Assembly (NCBI GenBank): GCA_013140705.1 | Contig: JABFSH010000067.1 | Coordinates: 8,942-72,941 of the forward strand | Origin: Methylococcaceae bacterium | Lineage (GTDB): Bacteria; Pseudomonadota; Gammaproteobacteria; Methylococcales; Methylomonadaceae | Reading direction: 5' to 3' | Length of the DNA stretch: 64,000 bases | Shown here: positions 1 through 10,628 of the stretch, piece after piece | Position numbering within the stretch: the first letter of the stretch is position 1 | Layout: every line of letters begins with the position of its first letter | Notes under the pieces: generated by a model | Told to the model about the DNA's origin: nothing | Databases searched by the model: none | Seen by the model: only the letters and a program-made list of their open reading frames with translations | Program-made: the position numbers and the translations under genes

Positions 1-2913
1 CACAATCTCATATTTTTTGCTGACCAGCATTCTGGCAATGTCGGGAGCTTTAACTTTATCCGCATCCCGAATACTAATCAACACTTTGCCACTATCATTT
101 AAATTGACACCTGCAGCACGCTGCGATTTAGCGAACGCCTCGCCAAAGGTTTTACCAATACCCATAACCTCACCTGTCGATTTCATCTCAGGACCCAGCA
201 AAGGATCGACGCCCGGGAATTTGACAAATGGAAAGACAGCTTCCTTGACAGAAAAATAGTTAGGAATGCGCTCTTCGGTGACACCCTGGGTAGCCAATGT
301 TTGTCCGACCATGCAACGGGCGGCAATCTTGGCTAACGGATAGCCTGTCGCTTTGGAAACAAAAGGCGCTGTTCTTGATGCCCTTGGGTTAACTTCCAAC
401 ACATAAATTTCTTCACCCTGGATTGCAAACTGTGTATTCATCAAACCGCGCACACCTAGCGCTTCAGCCATAAGGGCAACCTGTTCACGCAACTGGTCCT
501 GCAAGCCTTTTGCAAGTTCATACGGCGGCAGAGAACAGGCAGAATCACCCGAATGCACACCAGCCTGTTCGATATGCTCCATCAAGCCCCCAATTAATAC
601 CCGTTCGCCATCATAGATCGCATCGACATCCATTTCAACCGCATCATCCAGAAAACGATCCAGCAATACCGGCGAATCATTGGAAACACTGACGGCCTCT
701 TTCATATAACGCTGTAAGCCTTCTTCGTTAAACACAATTTCCATGGCTCGACCGCCCAAAACATACGAAGGCCTGACTACAAGCGGATATCCCAACTCCT
801 TGGCGGCATTCAATGCCTGATCGACTGAACGTGCGGTCGCGTTGGGCGGTTGTTTCAAATTCAGTCTTTCCAGTAATTTTTGAAACCGTTCCCTGTCCTC
901 GGCCAAATCGATTGAATCCGGTGAGGTACCGATAATCGGCACACCAGCCGCTTCCAACGCTCTGGCAAGCTTCAACGGCGTTTGCCCGCCATATTGGACA
1001 ATCACACCCTTGGGTTTTTCCAGATGAACAATCTCCAATACATCTTCAAGGGTTAACGACTCAAAATACAAACGATCCGAAGTATCAAAGTCGGTCGACA
1101 CCGTCTCAGGATTGCAATTGATCATAATGGTTTCATAGCCATCTTCTCGCAAAGCCAGGGCAGCATGTACACAGCAATAGTCGAATTCGATACCTTGACC
1201 TATGCGGTTTGGTCCTCCTCCCAGAATGATTATTTTTTCCTTATCTGAAACCCGCGCCTCACATTCCAGCTCATAGGTTGAATACAGGTAGGCAGTGTCC
1301 GATGAAAATTCCGCTGCACACGAGTCAATGCGCTTATAAACCGGACGTATATTATGTTTATGCCGAACATTGCGCACTTCTGTTTCAGAGGTATCCAACA
1401 ACTGGGCCAAGCGTTGATCAGAAAAACCCTTTCGCTTCAGCTTGAAAAGCTCACCATCCTTTAAGGTTGACAAGGTTTTGGTCGATAATGATTTTTCGGT
1501 CAGCACCAAATCTTCAATCTGAGCCAAAAACCATCGGTCAATTTTACTGGCCTGGTAAACTTCATCCAGACTCATACCACTTCGAAACGCATCAGCTACA
1601 TACAGCAGACGATCAGGACCAGGATGTCGCAATTCGCGTTGAATTTTTTCATGCGCGTCGCCCGAGCTCAAGTCAACAACCTCATTGAGGCCATTAATGC
1701 CAATTTCCAGGCCGCGTAAAGCTTTCTGCAGCGACTCCTGAAAAGTGCGGCCTATCGCCATTACTTCACCGACCGATTTCATCTGTGTCGTTAGTCGATC
1801 ATCAGCCTGTGGAAACTTCTCAAATGCAAAACGAGGAACTTTGGTTACGACATAGTCAATGCTTGGTTCAAACGAGGCGGGAGTTGTGCCACCGGTGATC
1901 TCATTTTTCAATTCATCCAGCGTATAGCCCACTGCCAGTTTTGCCGCAACTTTGGCAATTGGAAATCCAGTAGCCTTTGATGCCAAGGCTGAAGAACGAG
2001 ATACTCGAGGGTTCATTTCGATTACGATCAATCGCCCATCTTCCGGATTGATAGCCACTTGAACGTTGGACCCACCGGTATCAACGCCAATTTCACGCAG
2101 GACGGCCAATGACACATTACGTAATATCTGATATTCCTTGTCCGTGAGTGTTTGCGCAGGCGCAACGGTAATGGAGTCGCCGGTATGAACGCCCATCGGG
2201 TCAAAGTTTTCGATTGAACATACAATGATGCAATTGTCTTTGGAGTCGCGCACGACTTCCATTTCATATTCTTTCCAACCCAACACCGATTCTTCAATCA
2301 ATAATTCATTGGTCGGCGATAAGTACAAGCCGCGCTCACAGATCTCCAAAAACTCTTCCTTGTTATAGGCAATGCCACCACCGCTTCCACCCATCGTGAA
2401 GGAAGGGCGAATAACCGTAGGATAGCCCACTTCAAGTTGCGCCGCTAGCGCCTCTTCAATTGAATGCGCAGTCTTGGATCGGGCCACTTCAAAACCGATT
2501 TTTCGCATGGCTTGGTTAAATAACTCGCGGTCTTCAGCCTTTTTAATCGCCTCTTTGGTAGCGCCAATCATTTCCACATGGTATTTAGCCAAAACGCCAT
2601 GTTTATCAAGATCAAGAGCGCAATTCAATGCAGTTTGTCCGCCCATGGTCGGCAAAATGGCATCCGGTTTTTCCTTGGCAATAATTTTTTCAACGGTTTG
2701 CCAATCAATGGGTTCAATATAGATCGCATCGGCCATGTCTGGATCGGTCATGATCGTCGCTGGATTGGAGTTGACCAGAATAACCCGATAACCTTCTTCG
2801 CGCAGTGCCTTGCACGCTTGCGTCCCTGAATAATCAAATTCACAGGCCTGACCGATAACAATCGGCCCTGCCCCCAGTAATAAAATCGATTTTAAGTCGG
2901 TTCTTTTTGGCAT
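1..2913 (-). CDS. carB: Carbamoyl-phosphate synthase large subunit; about 971 N-terminal codons, C-terminal end lies beyond the window start
   Basis: Own reverse-strand translation from ATG at 2913-2911 gives [58 protein letters not shown]. Further on it gives [12 protein letters not shown] and an MGS-like tail ([12 protein letters not shown]) at bases 1-120. The frame is open to base 1, so the ORF track does not list it. Confidence 0.93.
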   Translation of the reverse strand, partial: MPKRTDLKSILLLGAGPIVIGQACEFDYSGTQACKALREEGYRVILVNSNPATIMTDPDMADAIYIEPIDWQTVEKIIAKEKPDAILPTMGGQTALNCALDLDKHGVLAKYHVEMIGATKEAIKKAEDRELFNQAMRKIGFEVARSKTAHSIEEALAAQLEVGYPTVIRPSFTMGGSGGGIAYNKEEFLEICERGLYLSPTNELLIEESVLGWKEYEMEVVRDSKDNCIIVCSIENFDPMGVHTGDSITVAPAQTLTDKEYQILRNVSLAVLREIGVDTGGSNVQVAINPEDGRLIVIEMNPRVSRSSALASKATGFPIAKVAAKLAVGYTLDELKNEITGGTTPASFEPSIDYVVTKVPRFAFEKFPQADDRLTTQMKSVGEVMAIGRTFQESLQKALRGLEIGINGLNEVVDLSSGDAHEKIQRELRHPGPDRLLYVADAFRSGMSLDEVYQASKIDRWFLAQIEDLVLTEKSLSTKTLSTLKDGELFKLKRKGFSDQRLAQLLDTSETEVRNVRHKHNIRPVYKRIDSCAAEFSSDTAYLYSTYELECEARVSDKEKIIILGGGPNRIGQGIEFDYCCVHAALALREDGYETIMINCNPETVSTDFDTSDRLYFESLTLEDVLEIVHLEKPKGVIVQYGGQTPLKLARALEAAGVPIIGTSPDSIDLAEDRERFQKLLERLNLKQPPNATARSVDQALNAAKELGYPLVVRPSYVLGGRAMEIVFNEEGLQRYMKEAVSVSNDSPVLLDRFLDDAVEMDVDAIYDGERVLIGGLMEHIEQAGVHSGDSACSLPPYELAKGLQDQLREQVALMAEALGVRGLMNTQFAIQGEEIYVLEVNPRASRTAPFVSKATGYPLAKIAARCMVGQTLATQGVTEERIPNYFSVKEAVFPFVKFPGVDPLLGPEMKSTGEVMGIGKTFGEAFAKSQRAAGVNLNDSGKVLISIRDADKVKAPDIARMLVSKKYEIV

Positions 2914-2934
2914 GTTGTGCTATTGCTCGGCTGA

Positions 2935-4071
2935 TTAATGACTATTGCGTGCTTGATCCATTTTCCCGATGAACCAGTCAAATATTGACTCGACATCATG
3001 AGGACCCGGACTTGCTTCAGGATGCCCCTGAAAGCTCATGGCGGGACAATCGGTTCGCTCGACACCCTGCAAACTACCATCAAACAAGGAATGATACGTT
3101 GCAACTAGATTATCAGGAAGGCTGGCTTCACTAACCGCAAAGCCGTGATTTTGGCTACTGATCATGACGCGTCCGGTCGATTTTTCCTGAACAGGATGAT
3201 TGGCACCATGATGGCCAAATTTCATTTTCTCTGTCTTGGCGCCACTTGCCAAGGCCAATAATTGATGACCAAGACAAATGCCTAAAACAGGTATTTTCTT
3301 TTCAAGTATTTCCTTAATGGCTTCAATGGCATAGGTGCAGGGCTCCGGATCACCAGGTCCATTGGAGAGAAACACTCCATCAGGATTCATTGCCAAAACT
3401 GCTTCAGCTGGTGTTGTGGCTGGCACAACGGTTACTCGACAACCCCGATTGGCTAATAACCGAAGAATGTTACGCTTGATGCCAAAATCAAAGGCAACAA
3501 CATGTTTATCCAGATTTTTTGCCTGTCTATGCCCATACTGCAAATGCCAGACATCTTCTGTCCACTCATAGGGCTCAGACACGGAAACGACCTTGGCTAA
3601 ATCCATTCCTTTTAAGCCGGGAAATCCATCGATAACGTTTTTAGCTACTGCTTCGTCAAGCGTTTCCCCTGCCATTATACATCCACGTTGAGCGCCTTTA
3701 TCCCGCAGTAAACGCGTTAATTGGCGGGTATCAATATCGGCAATCGCAACTACCTGGTGGTCCAGCAAGTACTGCTGCAATGATTTTTGACAACGCCAGT
3801 TATGAGCCAGTAAAGGTAAATCTCTGATTACCAGGCCACTAGCGAAAACCTTATCTGACTCATTATCTTCATCGTTAGTGCCCACATTACCAATGTGAGG
3901 ATAGGTTAAAGTAACAATCTGGCGAGCATAGGACGGATCACTGAGGATTTCCTGATAGCCTGTCATCGCAGTATTAAAAACGACTTCTCCAACAGAACAG
4001 CCATCTGCACCAATCGACACGCCGTTAAAGACAGTTCCATCTTCCAAAACCAATATTGCAGATTTAGTCAA
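2935..4071 (-). CDS. carA: Carbamoyl-phosphate synthase small (glutamine amidotransferase) subunit
   Basis: ORF 2935..4137 contains the class-I amidotransferase motif (GICLGHQLL) and a CarA-type N-terminus ([14 protein letters not shown]). I prefer the TTG start at 4071, which follows GAGGTG at about 6 nt, over the longer track start at 4137. Confidence 0.92.
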   Translation of the reverse strand: MTKSAILVLEDGTVFNGVSIGADGCSVGEVVFNTAMTGYQEILSDPSYARQIVTLTYPHIGNVGTNDEDNESDKVFASGLVIRDLPLLAHNWRCQKSLQQYLLDHQVVAIADIDTRQLTRLLRDKGAQRGCIMAGETLDEAVAKNVIDGFPGLKGMDLAKVVSVSEPYEWTEDVWHLQYGHRQAKNLDKHVVAFDFGIKRNILRLLANRGCRVTVVPATTPAEAVLAMNPDGVFLSNGPGDPEPCTYAIEAIKEILEKKIPVLGICLGHQLLALASGAKTEKMKFGHHGANHPVQEKSTGRVMISSQNHGFAVSEASLPDNLVATYHSLFDGSLQGVERTDCPAMSFQGHPEASPGPHDVESIFDWFIGKMDQARNSH

Positions 4072-4277
4072 ACACGTCACCTCAAATGTGCAAAACGGGA
4101 TGAACCCATGAGGACTCATCCCGTCATAAAGAAACAAATTAAATCAATTCTACGAAATTATATGGCTTTGGTCATTAACAATTTTTAGGTCGATTAACAC
4201 TTTGGTTGTTGGCCAACTGTCTAACTGGACATCTAGCGCTTCTTAGTTAGGGAAGTTCATGCATTCACATTCCAAAA

Positions 4278-6275
4278 TCATAGGAACTGATCCATGGCTT
4301 GTTCCATGTTTTCAGAATAAAACGAAAAACCGAGATTCCTTTTTTTGGCATGATACATCGCAGCATCCGCATGGCTAATGAGCGTTTCACCCTCTCGGCC
4401 ATTTTTAGGATATATGGAAATGCCAATACTGGCCCCCAACGCTGCGGTTGTTTCACCGATCAAATAGGGTTTACGGAACATTTTCAGTATTTTTTTGGCG
4501 ACTTGTTCTGCCGCATCGACATCCGCACCGGGGAGTAACAGGGCGAATTCATCCCCACCCAACCGAGCGGCCACATCCGAATCCCTCAACGTGGATATCA
4601 ATCGTCGTGATGCTTCTCGTAAAATCTCATCGCCGGCAGCGTGTCCCATGGTGTCATTAATCGACTTGAATCCATCCAGATCAAGATAAAACAAAGCAAC
4701 AGAGGTTTTGTTTCGAAAGGCCAAATTCAGCGTCTGTTGCAGACGGTCCGCAAATAGTCGACGATTGGCAAGTCCCGTCAACTCGTCGTAGTAAGATAAG
4801 CGGATAAGGCGTTCATCAGCAAGTTTACGTACTGTAATATCACGCACAATTCCATCCACGCCTATACAATTTCCATATTCGTCATATACGGGAGAATCCG
4901 CTATCTCGAGCCAATGAATGATTTTTCTCTTATCATAAATTTCAAGTTGATAAGGTGGATTTGGCACACCCTGAGAGCTTAGCTCCCTGTATTCACCAAT
5001 TTTTTCGTTGACTGAATTATCAGTAAGATAATCACGGTAATGTGCAATGAATTCTTCTGGCTCGTAACCTAAAATATTGGTGACGGAAGGACTCACATAA
5101 GTAAATGCGCCTGTAACATCGTGGTGATAAAAAAAGTACTCGTTGCGTAAATTTTCAACCAAACTGCGAAATTTTTGTTCACTGGAGTTCAATTCCGCCG
5201 TACGCTTGAGAACCAAATGCTCAAGGTCTCTTTGCAAGGCCTGCAAATTACTGTTCGTGATTAAAACCTGTTTATTGGATTGTATAATTTTCCTATTTTG
5301 AATATGCGAATGAAAAAGCCATGCCAGCAGCGCACTGATAATAATCAATGATGGTACTACCGCTTTGCCGAAGTACTGATTAATCAAGGAATTGTCTGTT
5401 GGCATGGATGGGACATTATCCGGGTAAGTGTCCGATGACACATGCTTTTCCTCAGGCTCGATGGGAAATACCCATTTGGCAAAAATACGCTGTATTTCTT
5501 CTTCACTCAGTGAATTAAGCCCTTTCTGAAGAATTGAAACAAGAATTGGCCAGTCCTTGCGTACCGCTATACTTTCATTAGCGCTGTTTCGATCATAAAA
5601 AGCAGCAAACTTCAAATTTTCCATTACATATATGGTTTGCAAGTAATTATTAGTTGCCATAAAAGTCACAGCGGCATCCGCTTTACCATTAGCCACTGCT
5701 TTCAAACCGTTTAACATGGTATTGACGTAATATGGCTTTATACTCGGAAAATCCCTCTTTACGATATCGCCGTATTGATATCCTTTTACCAAAGCGACGG
5801 TTTTCTTTTTCAGATCATTACGAGTCTTGATGCTATCGTTGTCCTGCCGGGTCATAATCACCAGAGACTTTGTCAAGTATGGTTCAGTAAAATTAAACCA
5901 TAATCGACGTTCAGGGCGGTCAACCATGGTCGCCACCACATCGACCTTGCGATTGCTCGCAGCTTTGTACAGGTTATTCCAGCTAGAATTCGGATAGACA
6001 GAAAATTTGATCCCTAGCCGCTGACTCAGAATATCGATGATTTCGATAGCGATTCCTTCAAACTGTCCGGAATCGTTGATAAAGCTGTAGGGTGGCAGGG
6101 AACCGTCATAGGCAATACGAATCGTTTTATGCTTGGCCAGCCAAGCCTGTTCCTTTACTGTCAGTTTGACTACAGGATCAGGTTTGATTTGCGTGTTGAT
6201 TTTTTCATCAGCCTGAACGCTTAAGACAAGGCTTAATAAAAAAATGGCAGAAATAATTTTGATTAAAGAAAGCAT
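4278..6275 (-). CDS. Sensor diguanylate cyclase: signal peptide, periplasmic family-3 solute-binding domain, TM segment, PAS, GGDEF
   Basis: The 665-aa ORF has an N-terminal signal-like segment and an SBP_bac_3-like region. A hydrophobic segment (VVPSLIIISALLAWLF) is followed by a PAS-like region and a GGDEF active site (RLGGDEFALLL). An RxxD I-site (RDSD) lies 5 residues upstream of the active site. Confidence 0.85.
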   Translation of the reverse strand: MLSLIKIISAIFLLSLVLSVQADEKINTQIKPDPVVKLTVKEQAWLAKHKTIRIAYDGSLPPYSFINDSGQFEGIAIEIIDILSQRLGIKFSVYPNSSWNNLYKAASNRKVDVVATMVDRPERRLWFNFTEPYLTKSLVIMTRQDNDSIKTRNDLKKKTVALVKGYQYGDIVKRDFPSIKPYYVNTMLNGLKAVANGKADAAVTFMATNNYLQTIYVMENLKFAAFYDRNSANESIAVRKDWPILVSILQKGLNSLSEEEIQRIFAKWVFPIEPEEKHVSSDTYPDNVPSMPTDNSLINQYFGKAVVPSLIIISALLAWLFHSHIQNRKIIQSNKQVLITNSNLQALQRDLEHLVLKRTAELNSSEQKFRSLVENLRNEYFFYHHDVTGAFTYVSPSVTNILGYEPEEFIAHYRDYLTDNSVNEKIGEYRELSSQGVPNPPYQLEIYDKRKIIHWLEIADSPVYDEYGNCIGVDGIVRDITVRKLADERLIRLSYYDELTGLANRRLFADRLQQTLNLAFRNKTSVALFYLDLDGFKSINDTMGHAAGDEILREASRRLISTLRDSDVAARLGGDEFALLLPGADVDAAEQVAKKILKMFRKPYLIGETTAALGASIGISIYPKNGREGETLISHADAAMYHAKKRNLGFSFYSENMEQAMDQFL

Positions 6276-6535
6276 TTTATTGAATTGCTTAGCCTGATTT
6301 TAATTAGCAGGACCGGGTACCTAAGATACGCAAACTTGTCTAGTGTTGTTTGCGGACGTGGCATTCAAATAAACAGTAAACTGAAACTCCCGCTGCATCT
6401 GGGCACGATAATAAACATTAATGTCGAGTTATTCCCTTGTGACACATAAAAAGAAGATAGTACCACCTTATTGAAAATACTAGAATAATTCCATGGTGAT
6501 AACGTCACCGATTTCTCCACGATGCCAGAATGGCT

Positions 6536-7978
6536 TCAGGCATAGATACTCAATAATCCCTTGCTTATCACAGCCAGACCATTTTCTGGTTCGTCAATAG
6601 CATCCATCGGCAAATCACTCGCTTCCGAGCCCGATTTTGCTGTAGTTTGGGCAAAATTCTGAGCTTGGGACCGTCCCTGATCGGATGAAAAATGTTGAGA
6701 AACGTTCACATCAACGAGATTGAGCTGCTGAGAAACCAGCATTTCCCTTAATTTGGGAATGGAGGCTTCCAGTGCTTCCCTGACTGAATTTTGCTGAGCA
6801 GCGAATGAAACAGTCGCTTGATCTTGACTGATATCAACCCTGACAGAAATGGGCCCCAAATTTGGAGGATTCAGTTTAATGTCTGCGCTGGGTATTGCCT
6901 TATTGGCCATCCATAAAATTCTTTCACCCAGATCATTACTCCAGCCAGGATGTGTAATCGGCTTTGACAGAACAGAAACTTCAGATCGAAGCTCAACTGA
7001 CTGTCTGTTTAGTTGACCCATCTCGGCAATCCCTCTTGGCAAGATTTTGTCCCCACCCGGTTGGGACTCTTGATTTTGTTGTCCATTATCGTCAGATATT
7101 TCAGCTTTTTCAAAGTAATTTAAATTAAACCCAGGCTTACTTTGTTCTGAAGGCGACTCACCTGTCGGCTTTTGTAATAAACCTTTTGAAGCATCATCAT
7201 TTTGGCCTGCGGATGACATCACACTAGTGTTTTGTGAGGCATTTTTCAACCCAGTAGCCAACGCCTGCTGATTATTGATAGACGAATCAACTGAATTTGA
7301 CACATGATTCTGCTCGACCGATGAACCTGTTGTAAGCAGTGAATTTAATAACGCTGCAGCCACCACGTCATTACTATGCGCATGCTCGGTATTGTCATGA
7401 TAATTTTTTAGATTGATTTGAGTATCTGTGGTAACAATGTTTTCAGAGTCCGAAGCTGATAATTCATGCGTTGACTGGGTAGTCGGCTCCTCAACATTCA
7501 TTAAAATTGGAGCTGCTTCAGATTGATTCCCCATTTGAATGACGCTTGAATTTGCATAATCTGCCGCCTCTAAAGTCTGCTGAGCTGAGCTTATACTCGC
7601 TGATTGACTGTTATTGGCTATTTTCAAGCTATCTGCCAATGCAGAAAGGGCTGCCTCAAGGTCAACATTATCATCAGTTTTATAGGTGGCCGGCAATTCA
7701 TTGCCAAAAAAGGCGGCAAGCTTTTGCATATCGCCACGGTTTCCTAACAAATCAACCAGGCTTTGTAATTTGTTTGAATCCGAAGCATTGGTATTTGTTT
7801 GAATGGATTTTAGCAAGTCTGAACTTTGAATAGTTTCAGCACCCAATTTCGTTAATTGTTCAAGAAAGGCCTGTGTAAATCCGGCCTGGAGATCAGAAGT
7901 GGTTAAGGACGAAACCGTTCCTTTCGTCAAAGTTTGAACAGGTAATACAGATAAAATGTTTGCGCCATCAATATTCAT
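6536..7978 (-). CDS. fliK: Flagellar hook-length control protein FliK
   Basis: The central region is Q/S/N-rich and low-complexity. The C-terminal Flg_hook-like domain reads LNPPNLGPISVRVDISQDQATVSFAAQQNSVREAL. It lies directly after fliJ. ATG at 7978 (preceded by GGAG) is preferred to the TTG at 7993 in the track. Confidence 0.8.
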   Translation of the reverse strand: MNIDGANILSVLPVQTLTKGTVSSLTTSDLQAGFTQAFLEQLTKLGAETIQSSDLLKSIQTNTNASDSNKLQSLVDLLGNRGDMQKLAAFFGNELPATYKTDDNVDLEAALSALADSLKIANNSQSASISSAQQTLEAADYANSSVIQMGNQSEAAPILMNVEEPTTQSTHELSASDSENIVTTDTQINLKNYHDNTEHAHSNDVVAAALLNSLLTTGSSVEQNHVSNSVDSSINNQQALATGLKNASQNTSVMSSAGQNDDASKGLLQKPTGESPSEQSKPGFNLNYFEKAEISDDNGQQNQESQPGGDKILPRGIAEMGQLNRQSVELRSEVSVLSKPITHPGWSNDLGERILWMANKAIPSADIKLNPPNLGPISVRVDISQDQATVSFAAQQNSVREALEASIPKLREMLVSQQLNLVDVNVSQHFSSDQGRSQAQNFAQTTAKSGSEASDLPMDAIDEPENGLAVISKGLLSIYA

Positions 7979-8023
7979 AAAACTATTCTCCAAAATTGAC
8001 CAACAGAGTCTATTGCATATTAA

Positions 8024-8039
8024 AGCATTTCATATGCCA
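8024..8039 (-). promoter_or_regulatory. Sigma-54 (RpoN) -24/-12 promoter candidate for fliK
   Basis: The minus strand reads TGGCATATGAAATGCT, with GG and GC separated by exactly 10 nt (consensus TGGCAC-N5-TTGCW). It overlaps the last codons and stop of fliJ and lies about 45 nt upstream of the fliK ATG. Confidence 0.55.
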
Positions 8040-8479
8040 TCTTTGCTGTTCCTACCCAACCGGGATGCTCTCTCGTCCATCTCCGACTGTTCCTTTCGGC
8101 TTTTCAGTTGAGTCTCCACCGCTATCGTTGAATCAAGAACTTTCTGCAAACCATTGGTTTTATGATGAATACTTTCCCACATCTTCCTTTTTTGCATTAA
8201 TTCTTCCTTACAAAGACACATCGCATGTTCCTGCCCCTCTATTGCCTGATCCAGCTTATCGATAAACGATTTGAATTCCAGCACTTGGGATATTTTGATA
8301 CCGTCGCGGCCCAGCTGATTAAAACTTTCCTGATATTCATTCCGATAACTCTTTAGGCTTTCAACTTGATTTTCAAGTTCTGTAAGTTTACGCTGGTAAA
8401 TACCCAGTCCCTTTAAGGCATTTTTTTCCTGTTCTGCCTTGAGTTCGACGAGCGTTTTAATCCGGTCTGATTTTTTCAT
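8030..8479 (-). CDS. fliJ: Flagellar export chaperone/stalk protein FliJ
   Basis: A 149-aa coiled-coil protein (KTLVELKAEQEKNAL...) sitting between fliI and fliK, which is the canonical position and size. Confidence 0.8.
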   Translation of the reverse strand: MKKSDRIKTLVELKAEQEKNALKGLGIYQRKLTELENQVESLKSYRNEYQESFNQLGRDGIKISQVLEFKSFIDKLDQAIEGQEHAMCLCKEELMQKRKMWESIHHKTNGLQKVLDSTIAVETQLKSRKEQSEMDERASRLGRNSKDGI

Positions 8480-8496
8480 TCCTTACCATCCTCGAT

Positions 8497-9846
8497 CTAA
8501 GTGCGACCCAGCATAATTTGCATTTCATTTAAGCTACGATCCATGTCAACCGGTTCATTCATATCCTGTTGAAGAAAATCGAGAATGGCAGCATTTTTTT
8601 CAATGGCCTTATCAATTCGGGAATCAGAGCCGGGTTGGTAGGCGCCAACGCTGATCAAATCGCGATTTTGTTGATACAGTGAGTATAGGCGTCTTATTTC
8701 TCGCGCCATCAATAAATGGCTAGTATCGGCAATATCCGGCATAACTCGGCTCACTGACGCTTCAATGTCGATCGCGGGAAAATGCCCAGATTCCGCCAAG
8801 TTTCTCGACAACACAATATGTCCATCCAGTACACCGCGAGCTGCATCAGCGATTGGATCGTTAGTATCATCTCCCTCTGCCAGCACTGTATAGAACGCTG
8901 TAATTGATCCGCCATCGACATTAGCATTTCCTGCACGTTCAACCAGATGCGGCAATTTGGCAAAAACAGACGGTGGATAACCTTTCGTTGCCGGCGGTTC
9001 ATCAATGGCCAGCGCAATTTCCCGATGGGCCTGGGCAAATCGCGTTAATGAATCCATCAATAAAAGCACATCCAGGCCCTGGTCACGAAAGAACTCGGCA
9101 ATACTGGTAGCAAGCAAGGCACCATGGACCCGCATTAATGGCGGACAATCCGCTGGCGTAGCAACAACGACGGCTCTTTTAAGCCCCTCTTCTCCGAGAA
9201 TTTTCTGAACGAACTCGTTCACCTCTCTTCCTCGCTCGCCAATCAACCCCACCACAACAATATCTGCAGTAGTAAATTTGGTCATCATACCAAGCAAAAT
9301 ACTTTTTCCGACACCGGTTCCTGCGAACAAGCCCATCCGCTGCCCTCTCCCTACACACAATAACGAATTTATAGCCCTGACACCAACGTCAAGCGATTCC
9401 CGAATGGGTTTTCTCGATAACGGATTTATGGGACTTCCGTTCAGCGAAATCTGAGCTTCGGTTTTCAGCGGGCCTTTGTCATCAAGAGGATTCCCGGCTC
9501 CGTCCAGCACTCGACCCAAGAGACCAAAGCCTACCCGAGCCAAATTATTCCCTCCCAAAGGAATCACCCGGCAATCCGGCTCAAGTCCATGTAACTCTCC
9601 GGTGGGCATTAGAAACACGCGTGAGCCAGCAAAACCAACGACTTCAGCTTCAATCCCGCGCCCTGTTTTTGTTTCAATACGGCAGCGAGAACCAATAGCC
9701 GCTCGACATCCAACAGCTTCCAGAGTCAAGCCAACCATGCGTGACAATTTACCTTCAACGACCAGTTCAATCGGCTCTGTTAATTTGGCTGAATAAGGCT
9801 TTAATTTATTCAGCCAAATTTGTGCGTGATTTCTTTGCAGCATCAC
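8497..9846 (-). CDS. fliI: Flagellum-specific ATP synthase FliI
   Basis: Walker A motif GTGVGKS and an F1/T3SS-ATPase-like sequence throughout. The start is GTG 9846 or ATG 9843, overlapping the fliH stop. Confidence 0.95.
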   Translation of the reverse strand: MMLQRNHAQIWLNKLKPYSAKLTEPIELVVEGKLSRMVGLTLEAVGCRAAIGSRCRIETKTGRGIEAEVVGFAGSRVFLMPTGELHGLEPDCRVIPLGGNNLARVGFGLLGRVLDGAGNPLDDKGPLKTEAQISLNGSPINPLSRKPIRESLDVGVRAINSLLCVGRGQRMGLFAGTGVGKSILLGMMTKFTTADIVVVGLIGERGREVNEFVQKILGEEGLKRAVVVATPADCPPLMRVHGALLATSIAEFFRDQGLDVLLLMDSLTRFAQAHREIALAIDEPPATKGYPPSVFAKLPHLVERAGNANVDGGSITAFYTVLAEGDDTNDPIADAARGVLDGHIVLSRNLAESGHFPAIDIEASVSRVMPDIADTSHLLMAREIRRLYSLYQQNRDLISVGAYQPGSDSRIDKAIEKNAAILDFLQQDMNEPVDMDRSLNEMQIMLGRT

Positions 9847-10628
9847 AATGATTTCTCCTCGACAACTATACCGCTATCCATGGACCAATCTATAGTGCTG
9901 GCATCCTTGCTGTCGTGTTCACGTTCATCGCCCAGTATGAAAGCCACTACAGCTGCCAACCGACTTTCAATCGTTGCATCAATACGGGACACATCCGTAT
10001 CGACCTTGCAGCCGCCACGGGTAATGAGAGGATCTTCAACCACCGCCCAGGCCGTTGACATTTCATCGAGGCATAATGTGGATCGGACTAGTTCGGCATC
10101 TTCAGGATGCAAGTACAATTGGATTTTCTGAGATGATAAGGGCAAAACATTTATTGCCTCCCTTACACTCGCAATAATCTGTCCAGGATCAAGTTTAATT
10201 TCCCTGCGGATGATTTGCGTGGCAATGCCGATTGAAAGCTTCACCAACTCCCTTTCAACCTCATTATCCAGCGCTTTGAATGGATCATTTAAGGAATCAA
10301 TTAAGGCAAGGAATTCCGTCGCCTTTTTTTCCAATTTTTCCTTATTTTCTTCATAGCCTTTTTTGGCACCTTCTTGAAAGCCTTGATCGAATCCCTCCTT
10401 ATAGCCTTCAACTTTGCCCTGTGCATAGGCCTCATCATAAGCCTGCTTTTGCATGGCTTCGATTTCATCCACCGTGAGGATCGGAGAAATTTCATCGTCA
10501 GGGTCGACTGACTCCGATTTTACAAAGCCATGATCACTATCAGCATGTTCAGAAATATCGGGTAAATTCCATGCACTCAAGGATGCCAGTTCTGACGATG
10601 AGAAACCTTGACTCCTAGACAAGCTCAT
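9843..10628 (-). CDS. fliH: Flagellar assembly protein FliH
   Basis: A 261-aa protein with an acidic N-terminal part and a FliH-type C-terminal domain. It lies between fliG and fliI and overlaps fliG by 14 nt. Confidence 0.85.
   Translation of the reverse strand: MSLSRSQGFSSSELASLSAWNLPDISEHADSDHGFVKSESVDPDDEISPILTVDEIEAMQKQAYDEAYAQGKVEGYKEGFDQGFQEGAKKGYEENKEKLEKKATEFLALIDSLNDPFKALDNEVERELVKLSIGIATQIIRREIKLDPGQIIASVREAINVLPLSSQKIQLYLHPEDAELVRSTLCLDEMSTAWAVVEDPLITRGGCKVDTDVSRIDATIESRLAAVVAFILGDEREHDSKDASTIDWSMDSGIVVEEKSL

Noticed and set aside
17-2829. Small ORFs of 60-89 aa listed in the first 2.9 kb
   Set aside because: All fall inside the carB reading frame on the minus strand. That frame is open from 2913 to base 1 and is missing from the track only because it has no stop in the window.
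4072-4137. A 22-codon N-terminal extension of carA in the ORF track
   Set aside because: The extension ([22 protein letters not shown]) is not CarA-like. A TTG start with a GAGGTG RBS sits exactly where the conserved CarA N-terminus begins.
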